In this document: positions 48,880 through 58,586 of the stretch, in pieces
Numbering within the stretch: the stretch's first letter is position 1
Layout: every line of letters starts with the position of its first letter
Assembly (NCBI GenBank): GCA_045546235.1
Contig: JAZQCL010000007.1
Coordinates: forward strand, 3,617-67,616
Reading direction: 5' to 3'
Origin: Acutalibacteraceae bacterium
GTDB lineage: Bacteria; Bacillota; Clostridia; Oscillospirales; Acutalibacteraceae
DNA length: 64,000 nucleotides
Notes under the pieces: generated by a model
What the model was told of the DNA's origin: nothing
What the model saw: the letters and a program-made list of their open reading frames with translations, nothing else
The model's database searches: none
Program-made: the position numbers and the translations under genes

Positions 48880-50256
48880 ATGCAAAATCTTATTGTTAAA
48901 GATAAGAGCTTTTATAAAAAGGTCGCTTTGGTGGCCATTCCCATTGCCTTGCAGGGGCTTATAACCACCGGAGTTAATATGATGGACACCGTTATGGTGG
49001 GTGCTGTTGGTGAAACAGAGCTTTCGGCCGTTTCCCTTGCCAACCAATTTATAACGATTTTCCATATTTTTTGTATGGGAATTGGCATGGGCGCTTCGGT
49101 GCTGGTATCGCGTTACTACGGTATGGGGGACAATTCCTCACTCAAAAAAACCGTTACCATAATGCTGCGGCTTGTGCTTACAATGGCGCTGTTATTCTGT
49201 GTTGCCACCATACTGCTGCCGCGGTACATAATGTATATTTACACCGGGGAAGCAGAGCTTATAGCCTTTGGTGTCCGCTACCTTAAATATTCAATTATAA
49301 GCTATTTCTTCTTAGGGCTTTCCCTTACCTGCACCATTGTGCTAAGAAATGTGGGGCAGGTAAAAATCCCCCTTTACACCTCAATTGGCGCCTTTTTTGT
49401 GAACGTAGGCGCAAACTATGTGTTTATATTCGGCAAATTCGGGGCACCAAAAATGGATGTTGCGGGCGCGGCCTTAGGCACGCTTATTGCCCGTGTGTTT
49501 GAGTTCGCGGTGATTTGCGGATATATGTTTTTAAAAGATACCGAAATTCGCTACCGCATTGCCGACTTTTTTCGCCCTGTGGGAAAGCTTTGGAAAGAGT
49601 ATATAAGAATTAGCATACCCGTGCTTATAAGCGACGGTATACTGGCCCTTGGCAACAATTCGGTTGCAATGGTTATAGGCCGCCTTGGTGAAAGCTTTGT
49701 TGCGGCAAACGCCGTAACAGCGGTGGCTCAGCAGTTAAGCTCGGTTATGATACAGGGCTTTTCCCAGGCAGGCGCGATTATTACCGGCTATACCCTGGGA
49801 GAGGGTGACCGCAAAAAGGCCCAGCGCGAGGGCTATGCCTTCCTTGGAATTGGCTTTGTTTTCGGCATTGTAGCGGCCATTATAATCACAATTATAAGCG
49901 CGCCGCTGATTATGATTTACGACCTTTCGGCCGAAACCTCGGCCATTGCCCGCAGCCTTATGTGGTCTATCAGTATAATAATCGTGTTCCAGGCCACAAA
50001 CAGCATTATGACAAAGGGTGTGCTTCGTGGCGGCGGCGACACAAAAATGCTGATGGTGGCCGACAATATCTTTCTTTGGGTGGCCTCCATTCCCTTGGGT
50101 GCTCTTGCAGGACTTGTGCTGCATCTGCCCCCATTCTGGATATACTTCGCCCTGAAAATAGACCAGGTTCTGAAGGCGGTTTGGTGTATTATTCGACTAA
50201 GAAGCGGCAAATGGATAAAAAAAATACGAAGCGAAAATGAAATTGCGGAAAACTAA
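48880..50256 (+). CDS. MATE family efflux transporter
   Basis: 458 aa and 12 TM. The N-terminal VALVAIPIALQGLITTGVNMMDTVMVG is typical of MatE. Confidence 0.85.
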   Translation: MQNLIVKDKSFYKKVALVAIPIALQGLITTGVNMMDTVMVGAVGETELSAVSLANQFITIFHIFCMGIGMGASVLVSRYYGMGDNSSLKKTVTIMLRLVLTMALLFCVATILLPRYIMYIYTGEAELIAFGVRYLKYSIISYFFLGLSLTCTIVLRNVGQVKIPLYTSIGAFFVNVGANYVFIFGKFGAPKMDVAGAALGTLIARVFEFAVICGYMFLKDTEIRYRIADFFRPVGKLWKEYIRISIPVLISDGILALGNNSVAMVIGRLGESFVAANAVTAVAQQLSSVMIQGFSQAGAIITGYTLGEGDRKKAQREGYAFLGIGFVFGIVAAIIITIISAPLIMIYDLSAETSAIARSLMWSISIIIVFQATNSIMTKGVLRGGGDTKMLMVADNIFLWVASIPLGALAGLVLHLPPFWIYFALKIDQVLKAVWCIIRLRSGKWIKKIRSENEIAEN

Positions 50257-50277
50257 TTTTATATGAGGTGACTTACT

Positions 50278-50895
50278 ATGAAGGTAACTCTTATCGGCGA
50301 CTCTATCAGACAGCAGTACGGCCCCCGCGTGGCTGAAATTTTAAAGGATGAGTTTGAGGTTTGGCAACCTGCGGAAAACTGCAGATTTGCAAAATACACC
50401 CTTCGCGGTCTTTTCGATTGGCGAAACGATATGGCAGGCTCTGATATTGTGCATTTTAACTGTGGACATTGGGACCTTTGCAACCTGTTTGGCGACGGCC
50501 CCTTTACTTCTGAGCAGGAGTTTATTGACACTATGCTTCGTGTTTTAAAATTGCTGCAGGAAAAACACAAGGTTATTATCTATGCCACAACCACCCCCGT
50601 AGCACGAGACGGCTACAACAGAAACGACGTTATTGAGAGATATAACGAGATAATCGTTCCTCTTCTTCGCGAAAGAGGGGTTATTATTAATGACCTTCAC
50701 GCCCTTATTAAAACCGACGTTGAAAGATATATTCGCAGCACAGACACCATTCACCTTACCGAAGAAGGAATAGAGGTGTGTGCCGCCCAGGTGGCAGAGT
50801 GCATTAAGGAAGCGGCAAAGAGTGTTACCGAAAGCGACGATGCCGCCTCTGACACAAAGGAAACCGAAAATATCGGCGCACCGGTACTGATTTAA
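50278..50895 (+). CDS. SGNH/GDSL family hydrolase
   Basis: Block I (VTLIGDSI), block III (GHWD region), and a late D-x-x-H (TIHLT). RBS GAGGTGA. Confidence 0.7.
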   Translation: MKVTLIGDSIRQQYGPRVAEILKDEFEVWQPAENCRFAKYTLRGLFDWRNDMAGSDIVHFNCGHWDLCNLFGDGPFTSEQEFIDTMLRVLKLLQEKHKVIIYATTTPVARDGYNRNDVIERYNEIIVPLLRERGVIINDLHALIKTDVERYIRSTDTIHLTEEGIEVCAAQVAECIKEAAKSVTESDDAASDTKETENIGAPVLI

Positions 50896-50909
50896 AAAAT
50901 CTACATAGT

Positions 50910-50940
50910 AAAAGCGAGGCCTTGTAGCCTCGCTTTTATT
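50910..50940. terminator. Bidirectional terminator
   Basis: AAAAGCGAGGC-CTTGTA-GCCTCGCTTTT stem. Confidence 0.7.
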
Positions 50941-51551
50941 TATGTGTTTTCTGTATTTTCGATTTCTGCATTAACCTCGGGTGTTGGAGCAATTGGTGCA
51001 AGCACCGTATCGAAGGCTTTTTTATATGCTCTTTGCCGCCTGTCGTACCGCACAAGCCCAATCATTGCGGGAAATGCAACCCAAATGAACATAGACATCA
51101 TTTCTACCTGAACGTACATTCCCCTTTTGTAAGAGGCGACAAGTATTATTGAAAGAATTATTACTATTGCAATTATAATTTCGTTAACCAAACGCGGTTT
51201 TGAAATTTTACAACCCGTGGTGTGTAAAACACCTTCTCCCCTCTTTTTTACGGCAATGTTCAGCTCGCGGCTAAGCTTCTTGTTTTTAACCATCATATAC
51301 ACCTTAAGCCCGATGTTATAAAGGCTTAACAGCAAAATAACAGCCACAAAAAGGGTGTATTCGAAGTGTTGCTTATAAAATTCTAAGCCGTAGTAATAGG
51401 TAAAGACGCCTTGGAACATTTTAATGCTGTATTCGGGGCGGATTTTCCAAATAAAAAGGTTGATGTAAACCCCAAACAGCACGTACAGATTGTAGCATAA
51501 AAATATGCCTTGAGACAGATAATAGGGCCACAGCTTTTTAAGATACTTCAT
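50940..51551 (-). CDS. Hypothetical membrane protein (about 4 TM)
   Basis: Hydrophobic segments (GIFLCYNLYVLFGVYINLFIW, LFVAVILLLSLYNIGL, IIIAIVIILSIILVA, MFIWVAFPAMIGLV). The start lies 1 nt after the upstream lipoprotein stop. No recognisable family motif. Confidence 0.5.
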   Translation of the reverse strand: MKYLKKLWPYYLSQGIFLCYNLYVLFGVYINLFIWKIRPEYSIKMFQGVFTYYYGLEFYKQHFEYTLFVAVILLLSLYNIGLKVYMMVKNKKLSRELNIAVKKRGEGVLHTTGCKISKPRLVNEIIIAIVIILSIILVASYKRGMYVQVEMMSMFIWVAFPAMIGLVRYDRRQRAYKKAFDTVLAPIAPTPEVNAEIENTENT

Positions 51552-51552
51552 A

Positions 51553-52170
51553 TTATGCCCCCCTAACTACGGAATTATCTAATTGTGTAAAGCTTTCGTC
51601 TATAAAGCTTTGCATAACCTGGTGGGTACCGAACTCGTTGCAGAAGAACATACGCAGTATAAAGTAGTATTCATCGTATTTAACCCAGACCTGCGCCGCG
51701 GTGGTTTGGCATTCCTCACCCTTGGGGATAGTGTTTATCATAATGGCTTTAGCCTTCTGGCCTAAGAAATTGAACTCTTCACTATAATAATCGCCCTGAA
51801 GCTTAGTGCCTTGCTCTTTTTCGCGCCAAGCCATTTCCTCTTTAAAATAGTCCTCTATCGTTCCGTATCTAAACCAGCCTTCGGCAACTATATTAAGGTG
51901 AAAATATTTATGAAATGCCGAGCCCGCCAATACAAAGTAGGGATTGCTTTCTACCTTGGGTTCACTTACGGCCCAGTTGCCGGTGAAAACACCCTTAATT
52001 CCAAAAAATTCGTTGGTGTAGGTGCCGCCGTAATACTGACCTTCACTTTTTTTGGCAGTTTCGTCGAAGGGCTTAAAGCTGCCGCGGATATCCATCTGTC
52101 CGCCCTTGCAACCTGTAAAACAGATTACAAAAGCTAAAAGCAAAGAGAGTAGCGTTAATCTTCTTTTCAT
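51553..52170 (-). CDS. Hypothetical lipoprotein
   Basis: Signal peptide with lipobox MKRRLTLLSLLLAFVICFTG-C. No recognisable domain. Confidence 0.55.
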   Translation of the reverse strand: MKRRLTLLSLLLAFVICFTGCKGGQMDIRGSFKPFDETAKKSEGQYYGGTYTNEFFGIKGVFTGNWAVSEPKVESNPYFVLAGSAFHKYFHLNIVAEGWFRYGTIEDYFKEEMAWREKEQGTKLQGDYYSEEFNFLGQKAKAIMINTIPKGEECQTTAAQVWVKYDEYYFILRMFFCNEFGTHQVMQSFIDESFTQLDNSVVRGA

Positions 52171-52225
52171 TACCTCAACCCCTTTTTAAACAGTGTACCA
52201 TATAACGCGAAAAAGCGCAAGCCAA

Positions 52226-52990
52226 TTATCTGTGCTTTTCAACATACGCTCTGGGCGACAGGCCGTATTTACGCTTGAACATTCGGGAGAAATTGTAGAT
52301 GTCGCTGTAGCCCACCGAATTGGCGGCGGTGGTGGGGGTTTCGCCCTGCTCCACCATAAGTTGTTTGGCGGTTTCAAGCCTGAATTTTAGCAGATATTCC
52401 TGAGGTGACACCCCTAAACGCTTTTTAAAACAGGTGGTGAAATAACTTCGGTCGAGGTTAAGCCTTTTGGCAATCTCGGCCACGGTTATTCCGTTCATAT
52501 ATTCTGACTTTATACAGCTTAATGCCTTTTCAATATAATCGATCTCGCCCTTGTCGCGCTCCAAAATCAGTGCCATCAGTTCCCACAGCTTTGCTGAAAG
52601 ATAAGCACTTCTGCCGCTGTCGAAATCTCCGCAATGCTGCATTTGTAAAAAAAGCGACTTGGCCTCGGGCAGGTGCATTTTGCTGTGTAAAACCGCGGGC
52701 AAGGGGCCTTCTGTGGTAAAACCTACCCAGATATAATGCCAAGGGTTGGTGGAATCTGCCTCGTAGTAGGTTTCAACGTATGGTGGAATTGTAAACATAT
52801 CCCCTGCCTTTATGTGGTGGGTTTTGCCGTCTATTCTAAATATGCCGCTACCTGATACAACATAATGCAGCAACCAATGGTCGCGAACGGCAGGGCCAAA
52901 GGAATGGCTGGGCTCACAATATTCATACCCAAACTGCATTGGATTAAGCCCTTCATAGCCTTGATTTACAACAATTTCTGAAATGTCCAT
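52226..52990 (-). CDS. AraC family transcriptional regulator (cupin + HTH)
   Basis: C-terminal ITVAEIAKRLNLDRSYFTTCFKKRLGVSPQEYL..TPTTAANSVGYSDIYNFSRMFKRKYGLSPRAY. It is transcribed divergently from the GH4 gene. Confidence 0.9.
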   Translation of the reverse strand: MDISEIVVNQGYEGLNPMQFGYEYCEPSHSFGPAVRDHWLLHYVVSGSGIFRIDGKTHHIKAGDMFTIPPYVETYYEADSTNPWHYIWVGFTTEGPLPAVLHSKMHLPEAKSLFLQMQHCGDFDSGRSAYLSAKLWELMALILERDKGEIDYIEKALSCIKSEYMNGITVAEIAKRLNLDRSYFTTCFKKRLGVSPQEYLLKFRLETAKQLMVEQGETPTTAANSVGYSDIYNFSRMFKRKYGLSPRAYVEKHR

Positions 52991-53108
52991 TCAAAACAGC
53001 ACCTCTTAATTAAACAACATTATGCCAAGTTATATATAACATAATACTATTTAATTCGAACTTTGTCAAATGTATAATAAAATCAACAATTAAAAGGAGG
53101 CTACCTTT

Positions 53109-54425
53109 ATGAAAATTACAATTATGGGTGCAGGAAGCACCGTATTTTCCCGAAACGTTGTGGGCGACTGCCTTTGCACAGAAGCACTCCGCGACAGTGT
53201 TTTCGCCCTTTACGACATTGATCCCGAAAGACTTGAAGAAAGCCGAGTTATTTTGGAATCTCTTCGCAAAACCCTTGGCGGTTACGGCAAAATTGAATGC
53301 TACTGTGGTGTAGAAAACCGCAAGGAGGCACTTCGAGGCGCAAACTTTGTTGTAAATGCAATTCAGGTTGGCCTTTACGACCCCTGCACCATAATTGACT
53401 TTGAGGTGCCCAAGAAATACGGCCTGCGCCAGACCATTGCCGACACTTTAGGTATTGGCGGCATTATGCGCGCACTTCGTACCATTCCCGTTATGGCCGA
53501 TTTTGCCCGAGATATGGAAGAGGTTTGCCCCAACGCCTGGTTCTTAAATTACACCAACCCAATGTCTATGCTTTCGGGCTATATGCAGCGCTACACAGGT
53601 GTTAACACCGTTGGCCTTTGCCACAGTGTTCAGGTTTGTACAAAGAGCCTTTTTGACACCTTAAAAATGGACTACAAGCCCGAGGAATGCACCGAGCTTA
53701 TTGCAGGTATTAACCATATGGCTTGGCTATTGGAAATTAAAGACAAGAACGGCCGTGACCTTTACCCCGAAATCAAGTCCCGCCTGAACGTTGCCCTTGA
53801 CGACCCCGATTGCGACAACAAGGTTCGTATCGACTACATAAAGCATTTCGGCTACTACTGCACCGAATCCAGCGAGCATAACGCCGAATATAATGCATTC
53901 TATATTAAAGACAAGTACCCCGAGCTTATAAAACGCTACAACATTCCCCTTGACGAATATCCCCGCCGCTGTGTAAACCAGATTGAGGGCTGGAAAAAGG
54001 AATATAAAGAGCTGCTTGAAACAGGCGTTAAAGAGCATACCCGTTCACACGAATATGCCAGCGGAATTATGGAGGCTATTATCACAAATAAGCCCTATCA
54101 GATTGGCGGTAACGTGCTTAATAACGGACTTATCACCAACCTGCCAAAAGAGGCCTGCGTAGAGGTTCCCTGCCTTGTTAACCGCAACGGTGTTAATCCC
54201 TGCTTTGTGGGTGACCTGCCTGTACAGTGTGCCGCTATGAATATGACCAACATCAACGTGCAACTGCTTACCATCGAGGCTGCAAAAACCCTTAAAAAAG
54301 ACCACATCTACCAGGCCGCAATGCTGGACCCCCACACCTCTTCCGAGCTGGACATCGACACAATAAAAGCAATGGTAGACGACCTTATCGAAGCCCACGG
54401 CGACTACCTGCCGAAATACAACTAA
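53109..54425 (+). CDS. NAD-dependent alpha-galactosidase/alpha-glucosidase, glycoside hydrolase family 4
   Basis: MKITIMGAGSTVF Rossmann start, NYTNPM, and VGLCHS motifs characteristic of GH4 (MelA-like). Confidence 0.85.
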   Translation: MKITIMGAGSTVFSRNVVGDCLCTEALRDSVFALYDIDPERLEESRVILESLRKTLGGYGKIECYCGVENRKEALRGANFVVNAIQVGLYDPCTIIDFEVPKKYGLRQTIADTLGIGGIMRALRTIPVMADFARDMEEVCPNAWFLNYTNPMSMLSGYMQRYTGVNTVGLCHSVQVCTKSLFDTLKMDYKPEECTELIAGINHMAWLLEIKDKNGRDLYPEIKSRLNVALDDPDCDNKVRIDYIKHFGYYCTESSEHNAEYNAFYIKDKYPELIKRYNIPLDEYPRRCVNQIEGWKKEYKELLETGVKEHTRSHEYASGIMEAIITNKPYQIGGNVLNNGLITNLPKEACVEVPCLVNRNGVNPCFVGDLPVQCAAMNMTNINVQLLTIEAAKTLKKDHIYQAAMLDPHTSSELDIDTIKAMVDDLIEAHGDYLPKYN

Positions 54426-54450
54426 TCAGCAAATGCTTTAAAAGACATAA

Positions 54451-54490
54451 AAATAGCTCAGGTTTAGATCCTGAGCTATTTTCTTTTTAT
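54451..54490. terminator. Bidirectional terminator
   Basis: AAATAGCTCAGG...CCTGAGCTATTT stem followed by TCTTTTT. Confidence 0.7.
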
Positions 54491-55791
54491 TATTTCAGTT
54501 GGATTTTGACCACGGTGTCGATGGGGTCGGGGAGCTTGCTGTTGCTAAGCAGGTTGATATATATGGTGTCGCTGTAGTGGTACGTCACAATGTGTTCGGC
54601 GCCCTTGGGAATGGGTGGCACGGTGCCGTCGGCAAGCAGACTGATACTCTCTACCTCGTTAGGATGAATACCATACAACGGGTCGAGGGACACGTTTTTA
54701 TCTATTAAATGATAATACAGGGTTTTGCCTTTTGCGGTAATAAAGCCGTTTTCGGGTTTCGGCCTATCGGCGGCGGTGCAACCATATATAGATTCGCCGT
54801 TTAGCTTTATCCATTCGCCAAATTCAAGCAAAGCCTTTTTGGTATCTACAGGTATATCGCCCTTAGGTGTGGGGGCAACGCCCCAAAGCAGATTTCCGCC
54901 CTTTGAAACCACGTTGGCGGTGCAACGTACTATCTGCTTTATAGATTTGGCGCCGGTATCGTTATGGTTGTGAGACCAAGAGTCGCTAATTGTAAGGCAA
55001 CACTCCCAGGGGATAAACTCCCCTTTATAGTTTTTAAAACCATGCTCGGGAACAATACTCTCGGCACCAAGAAAATCTCCGCAATATTCTTTTGGGTTTT
55101 CCTCTCCCAAAGAGCCGAAGTAGTATTCGTAAGCATCAAGCCGAGAGTCGATAAGTATATGGGGTTGCAGATTACGAATCATACGTGTAAGCTCGGTGGC
55201 TTTCCACATTTCTCCCACCATATCATCATAAGAGAAATCGAACCACAAAAGGTCTATTTTGCCGTAGTTGGTAAGAAGTTCTTTTACCTGTAGGTGCATA
55301 TATTCCACATAGTTTTCGAAATTTACACCCTCAAATCTGTCTACACCCTCTTGTCGGTTAGGGTGTATGCGGTCGCGAGGATAATCGGGGTGGTCCCAAT
55401 CAAGTAAAGAGTAATATATACCTACTTTCAGCCCCTCTGCCCTGAACGCTTCAACATATTCCTTAATCAAATCTCTGCCTGCGGGAGTGTTGGTGCATTT
55501 AAAATCGGTATACTTTGAATCAAAAAGGCAGAAACCATCGTGGTGTTTTGCGGTCATAACGGCATATTTCATTCCTGCCGCCTTTGCAAGCCTTGCCCAA
55601 TCGCGGGGGTTATAATCCTCTGCTGTAAATTCCTCCATAAGTTTATGATAATCTGCATTGGAAAACCTGCGGTTGGTTCTGCTCCATTCGCCCTCGCCTA
55701 CTATTGAATATAAGCCCCAGTGAACAAACACACCAAGTCGGTCTTGACAATACCATTCGGTGCGCTTTTTGTGCTCTTTAAAATCAAACAT
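54490..55791 (-). CDS. Alpha-L-fucosidase, glycoside hydrolase family 29
   Basis: LGVFVHWGLYS, KYAVMTAKHHDGFCLFDS and LLWFDF are hallmark GH29 motifs. No signal peptide. Confidence 0.9.
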   Translation of the reverse strand: MFDFKEHKKRTEWYCQDRLGVFVHWGLYSIVGEGEWSRTNRRFSNADYHKLMEEFTAEDYNPRDWARLAKAAGMKYAVMTAKHHDGFCLFDSKYTDFKCTNTPAGRDLIKEYVEAFRAEGLKVGIYYSLLDWDHPDYPRDRIHPNRQEGVDRFEGVNFENYVEYMHLQVKELLTNYGKIDLLWFDFSYDDMVGEMWKATELTRMIRNLQPHILIDSRLDAYEYYFGSLGEENPKEYCGDFLGAESIVPEHGFKNYKGEFIPWECCLTISDSWSHNHNDTGAKSIKQIVRCTANVVSKGGNLLWGVAPTPKGDIPVDTKKALLEFGEWIKLNGESIYGCTAADRPKPENGFITAKGKTLYYHLIDKNVSLDPLYGIHPNEVESISLLADGTVPPIPKGAEHIVTYHYSDTIYINLLSNSKLPDPIDTVVKIQLK

Positions 55792-55809
55792 CCATACTAC
55801 CTCCTTAAA

Positions 55810-56634
55810 CTAAAAGTCTTTATTTTCAAAGGTTTTTGTGTTAAAAACAGTGGTGCGGTTAAATGAAGTTATGTTAGTTACTCCCAAATCTTCCATCCAT
55901 TTTTGGGTTTGGCGGCTGGTGAAGGGGCCGGTATCGGGCTTGCCGTCGCCAAGGTAGGCTTCGTTATTCCAAAGCCATTCGGGGGTGGGCCAAAAGGCGA
56001 ATTTCGGGTTTATTGCCCGATATAGCCTTTCGGGGGAGCCGCCCTGCCCGTGGTGAGAAAGCTGCACCGCGGTGGCGGTAATATCCTTGCCCGAAGCCAT
56101 AAGCCTATCGCTTGCCGCTGTGCCTAAGTCGCCCAAAATCAGAAAGGAAAAATCCCCCTCGGTGATTTTGAAAACGCAGGACTGATTGTTAATGGCGTTG
56201 GTGGTAAGGTCGGGGTTGGCGTCTGCCAGCACCTCCACAGTTATACTGCCGAGGTTAAAAACCTGACCCTCTTTTATCTCGAAAAATCGCTCGTCAAGAG
56301 TTCTGGCAAATTTATTCCACTCTAAAACCTCAACCTTATCGTCGCAGTTAAGGGAGCGTGCCCAATCGTCGGAAAGCACCGAGGCGCCAATTGCCTTATA
56401 GGTGATGCCATCGGGATTTTTTATTAACTCAATAGGTGCGCGGAAATGGTCGGAATGGGGGTGGGTTATAAGCCACAAATCGATATTACCGCCAAGGCTT
56501 TTTACAATCCTTTTAAGCTCCCCTGCGTCGCCCTGCTGACCGCCGTCAATCACCAGTACCTCGCCGCTGTCGGCGGCTATCACATAGCCCATCATCTGAT
56601 AACGGGTTGAATTTGTAAGCTGAATAATTTTCAT
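55810..56634 (-). CDS. MBL-fold metallo-hydrolase
   Basis: The H-x-H-x-D-H motif (THPHSDH) and later LSHHG are present. 274 aa. The start abuts the upstream stop (TAAATG). Confidence 0.75.
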   Translation of the reverse strand: MKIIQLTNSTRYQMMGYVIAADSGEVLVIDGGQQGDAGELKRIVKSLGGNIDLWLITHPHSDHFRAPIELIKNPDGITYKAIGASVLSDDWARSLNCDDKVEVLEWNKFARTLDERFFEIKEGQVFNLGSITVEVLADANPDLTTNAINNQSCVFKITEGDFSFLILGDLGTAASDRLMASGKDITATAVQLSHHGQGGSPERLYRAINPKFAFWPTPEWLWNNEAYLGDGKPDTGPFTSRQTQKWMEDLGVTNITSFNRTTVFNTKTFENKDF

Positions 56635-58575
56635 TTACTTTTCCTCGCCCAATATGTGCATATAGTAAAGGGGCATTGCACTCCAGCCGTGGCAAAGGCT
56701 TGAAGCACCTATGCAGCCTGCGCCGTGCTCGTACTCCCAAAGGGTGGTGTCGCCCGAATGCACCATTGCGCTGTAGGTTTTTTCGATATCCCACAGCACC
56801 CAATCCTTATATTTTTCGCGGTCAACTTTAAGCACCGCGTCGTATTTATAGCACATCATTGAAAGAGAGGAACGAACAAAGCCTGAATATCCGCCCGACA
56901 TACGTTCTGCCAGTTTTTCTGCCGCTTCGCCGTCAATTGCGCCACAAAGAATTGCCCAGGACTGACCAAGCTCGGTGTAGGATTTACCCTCGCCCTCTAT
57001 CGTAAAGAAGGAGTTATCCTTTTCGTTGTAAAAGGTTTCCTTAATTCTGCGGTTTAAATCTGCGGCAATTTTGCCATAGCCGCTGTCGATACCCATAGCC
57101 GCTTCCATCTTCTCCATACTTTGCAAAGCGATGGAAAGCAGGGTGTTAAGCAGCAGGTCGGGCTTGCCCATACAGGAATTGATTTCGCCGATGGTGTATC
57201 CGCCCGAGAACATATCGGTCCATTCGTAAAAGTTCCAATAATCCTCGCCGTAAAACTGAGTGCAAAGACCCTCTTTCATATTATCAAGGAATATTTTTAT
57301 AAGGCTTTGCAGTTTGGGATAAACCTCACGAATTAAGCTAAGGTCTCCGCTGTGGCGAAGATACTCTTCGCACTGCACAAAATAGTGCAGCGAGAAAGAG
57401 GGAATTACCAAATGGCAGCTTGCGGGATAGCAGATGGAAAGCAGACCGTCGGGGCGGTTATCTTTGGCAATTAGTTGCAGGTTTGCCCTTGGAAATTCAT
57501 ATTCCCCAAAGGCATAATATCCGCAAAGCATCTGGTTGCGGCTGTCCATAGTGTAAAGGGCCTGCTCGCGCCAGGGGCAATCCTCGTAATGCTCGTGCAT
57601 ACAAAGGCGCAGGGTGTTTACACACTTTTCGTAAAGAATTTTCGCGTTATCGTCTAACCCTTTTGGCATCGGCTTAATATCCAGAGGGTACATAGTAGGA
57701 AGCATAGAAAGTTTAATGTTTCCCAATGGCTTTTCGCCAATAACCTTAAAATAGCGGCAGGCTATACGGCGAAGGGGATTCATATAACTATTTTCCCCTA
57801 CCCTTGTTTGGTAGTGAAAGCTGAAATCGCGAGGGCCGATAATATTGGGAACGTCGCCACCCATAAGGCGCTCGGTAAAGTTGATGTTAAGCTTCTGAAC
57901 GCAATTAGATTCAAGTTCAATTTTGAAGAAGCCTGCGCATTCGACACCTAAATCGTAAATAATTTCGGTATCGGAAATGACTTTTACCGGCTTTGCCACA
58001 ACTTCACCCCAAAGCTCCAGCTTTTTGCAGGGTCGGGGGCGAAGGGAAAGTTGCTGATTAACCTTTACTGAGCCGCTAAAGCCCTGTAAATCGCCCATTC
58101 TCCAGTTATCAGCGTTGCCTGCAAGATAATAAAAGCTGTAGGCAAGCTGTGGAGTAAAAGACTGCCCTATATGCTGAAAATATTCGGGGCTAAGGCGGGA
58201 AAGGGTGGTTTCATCGCTTTTTGCAACAATCTCGCCGTCGCAAGAGATTTCGTAACAAAGAGCCGCGTTGCCTTTGAAATACATCTGGGCGGTGTCCAGC
58301 CCTAAATACCAGGCAAGGATACCTACGTGATTTTCACCCTGTACGCAATATTCGGTTATATCAATTTCATCGTAAACCTTATCGTAAGGAAAATCGGTAT
58401 ACTGGTCGAACTCGCAAAGCTTTCCGTTTAAGTAAAAGGCATAATTACTGTCTACGGAAATGCGAAGCACTACCCTGCCGCCGTTATAATTAAAGCTGTC
58501 GTAAAAATCTGCATACTCGTCGCGTTGCGGATTACTGCTTACCCAAATCCAGGTTGGATTTTGCCATTTTTCCAT
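56635..58575 (-). CDS. GH78-like (alpha/alpha)6-barrel glycoside hydrolase (alpha-L-rhamnosidase-related)
   Basis: The N-terminal WIW..FY.FNY..VVLRISVDSNYAFYLNGK segment resembles a rhamnosidase N domain. EDCPWREQALYTMDSR resembles the GH78 DCP-x-RE motif. I prefer the ATG at 58575 (5 nt after AGGGTGA). Confidence 0.55.
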   Translation of the reverse strand: MEKWQNPTWIWVSSNPQRDEYADFYDSFNYNGGRVVLRISVDSNYAFYLNGKLCEFDQYTDFPYDKVYDEIDITEYCVQGENHVGILAWYLGLDTAQMYFKGNAALCYEISCDGEIVAKSDETTLSRLSPEYFQHIGQSFTPQLAYSFYYLAGNADNWRMGDLQGFSGSVKVNQQLSLRPRPCKKLELWGEVVAKPVKVISDTEIIYDLGVECAGFFKIELESNCVQKLNINFTERLMGGDVPNIIGPRDFSFHYQTRVGENSYMNPLRRIACRYFKVIGEKPLGNIKLSMLPTMYPLDIKPMPKGLDDNAKILYEKCVNTLRLCMHEHYEDCPWREQALYTMDSRNQMLCGYYAFGEYEFPRANLQLIAKDNRPDGLLSICYPASCHLVIPSFSLHYFVQCEEYLRHSGDLSLIREVYPKLQSLIKIFLDNMKEGLCTQFYGEDYWNFYEWTDMFSGGYTIGEINSCMGKPDLLLNTLLSIALQSMEKMEAAMGIDSGYGKIAADLNRRIKETFYNEKDNSFFTIEGEGKSYTELGQSWAILCGAIDGEAAEKLAERMSGGYSGFVRSSLSMMCYKYDAVLKVDREKYKDWVLWDIEKTYSAMVHSGDTTLWEYEHGAGCIGASSLCHGWSAMPLYYMHILGEEK

Positions 58576-58586
58576 ACTAATCACCC

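Noticed and set aside
52186-52390. Small ORFs (63-65 aa, both strands) at the 3' end of the AraC gene and in the gap before the lipoprotein gene.
   Set aside because: They overlap the AraC C-terminal HTH coding region, have a Pro/Gly-rich shadow-frame composition, and lack an RBS.
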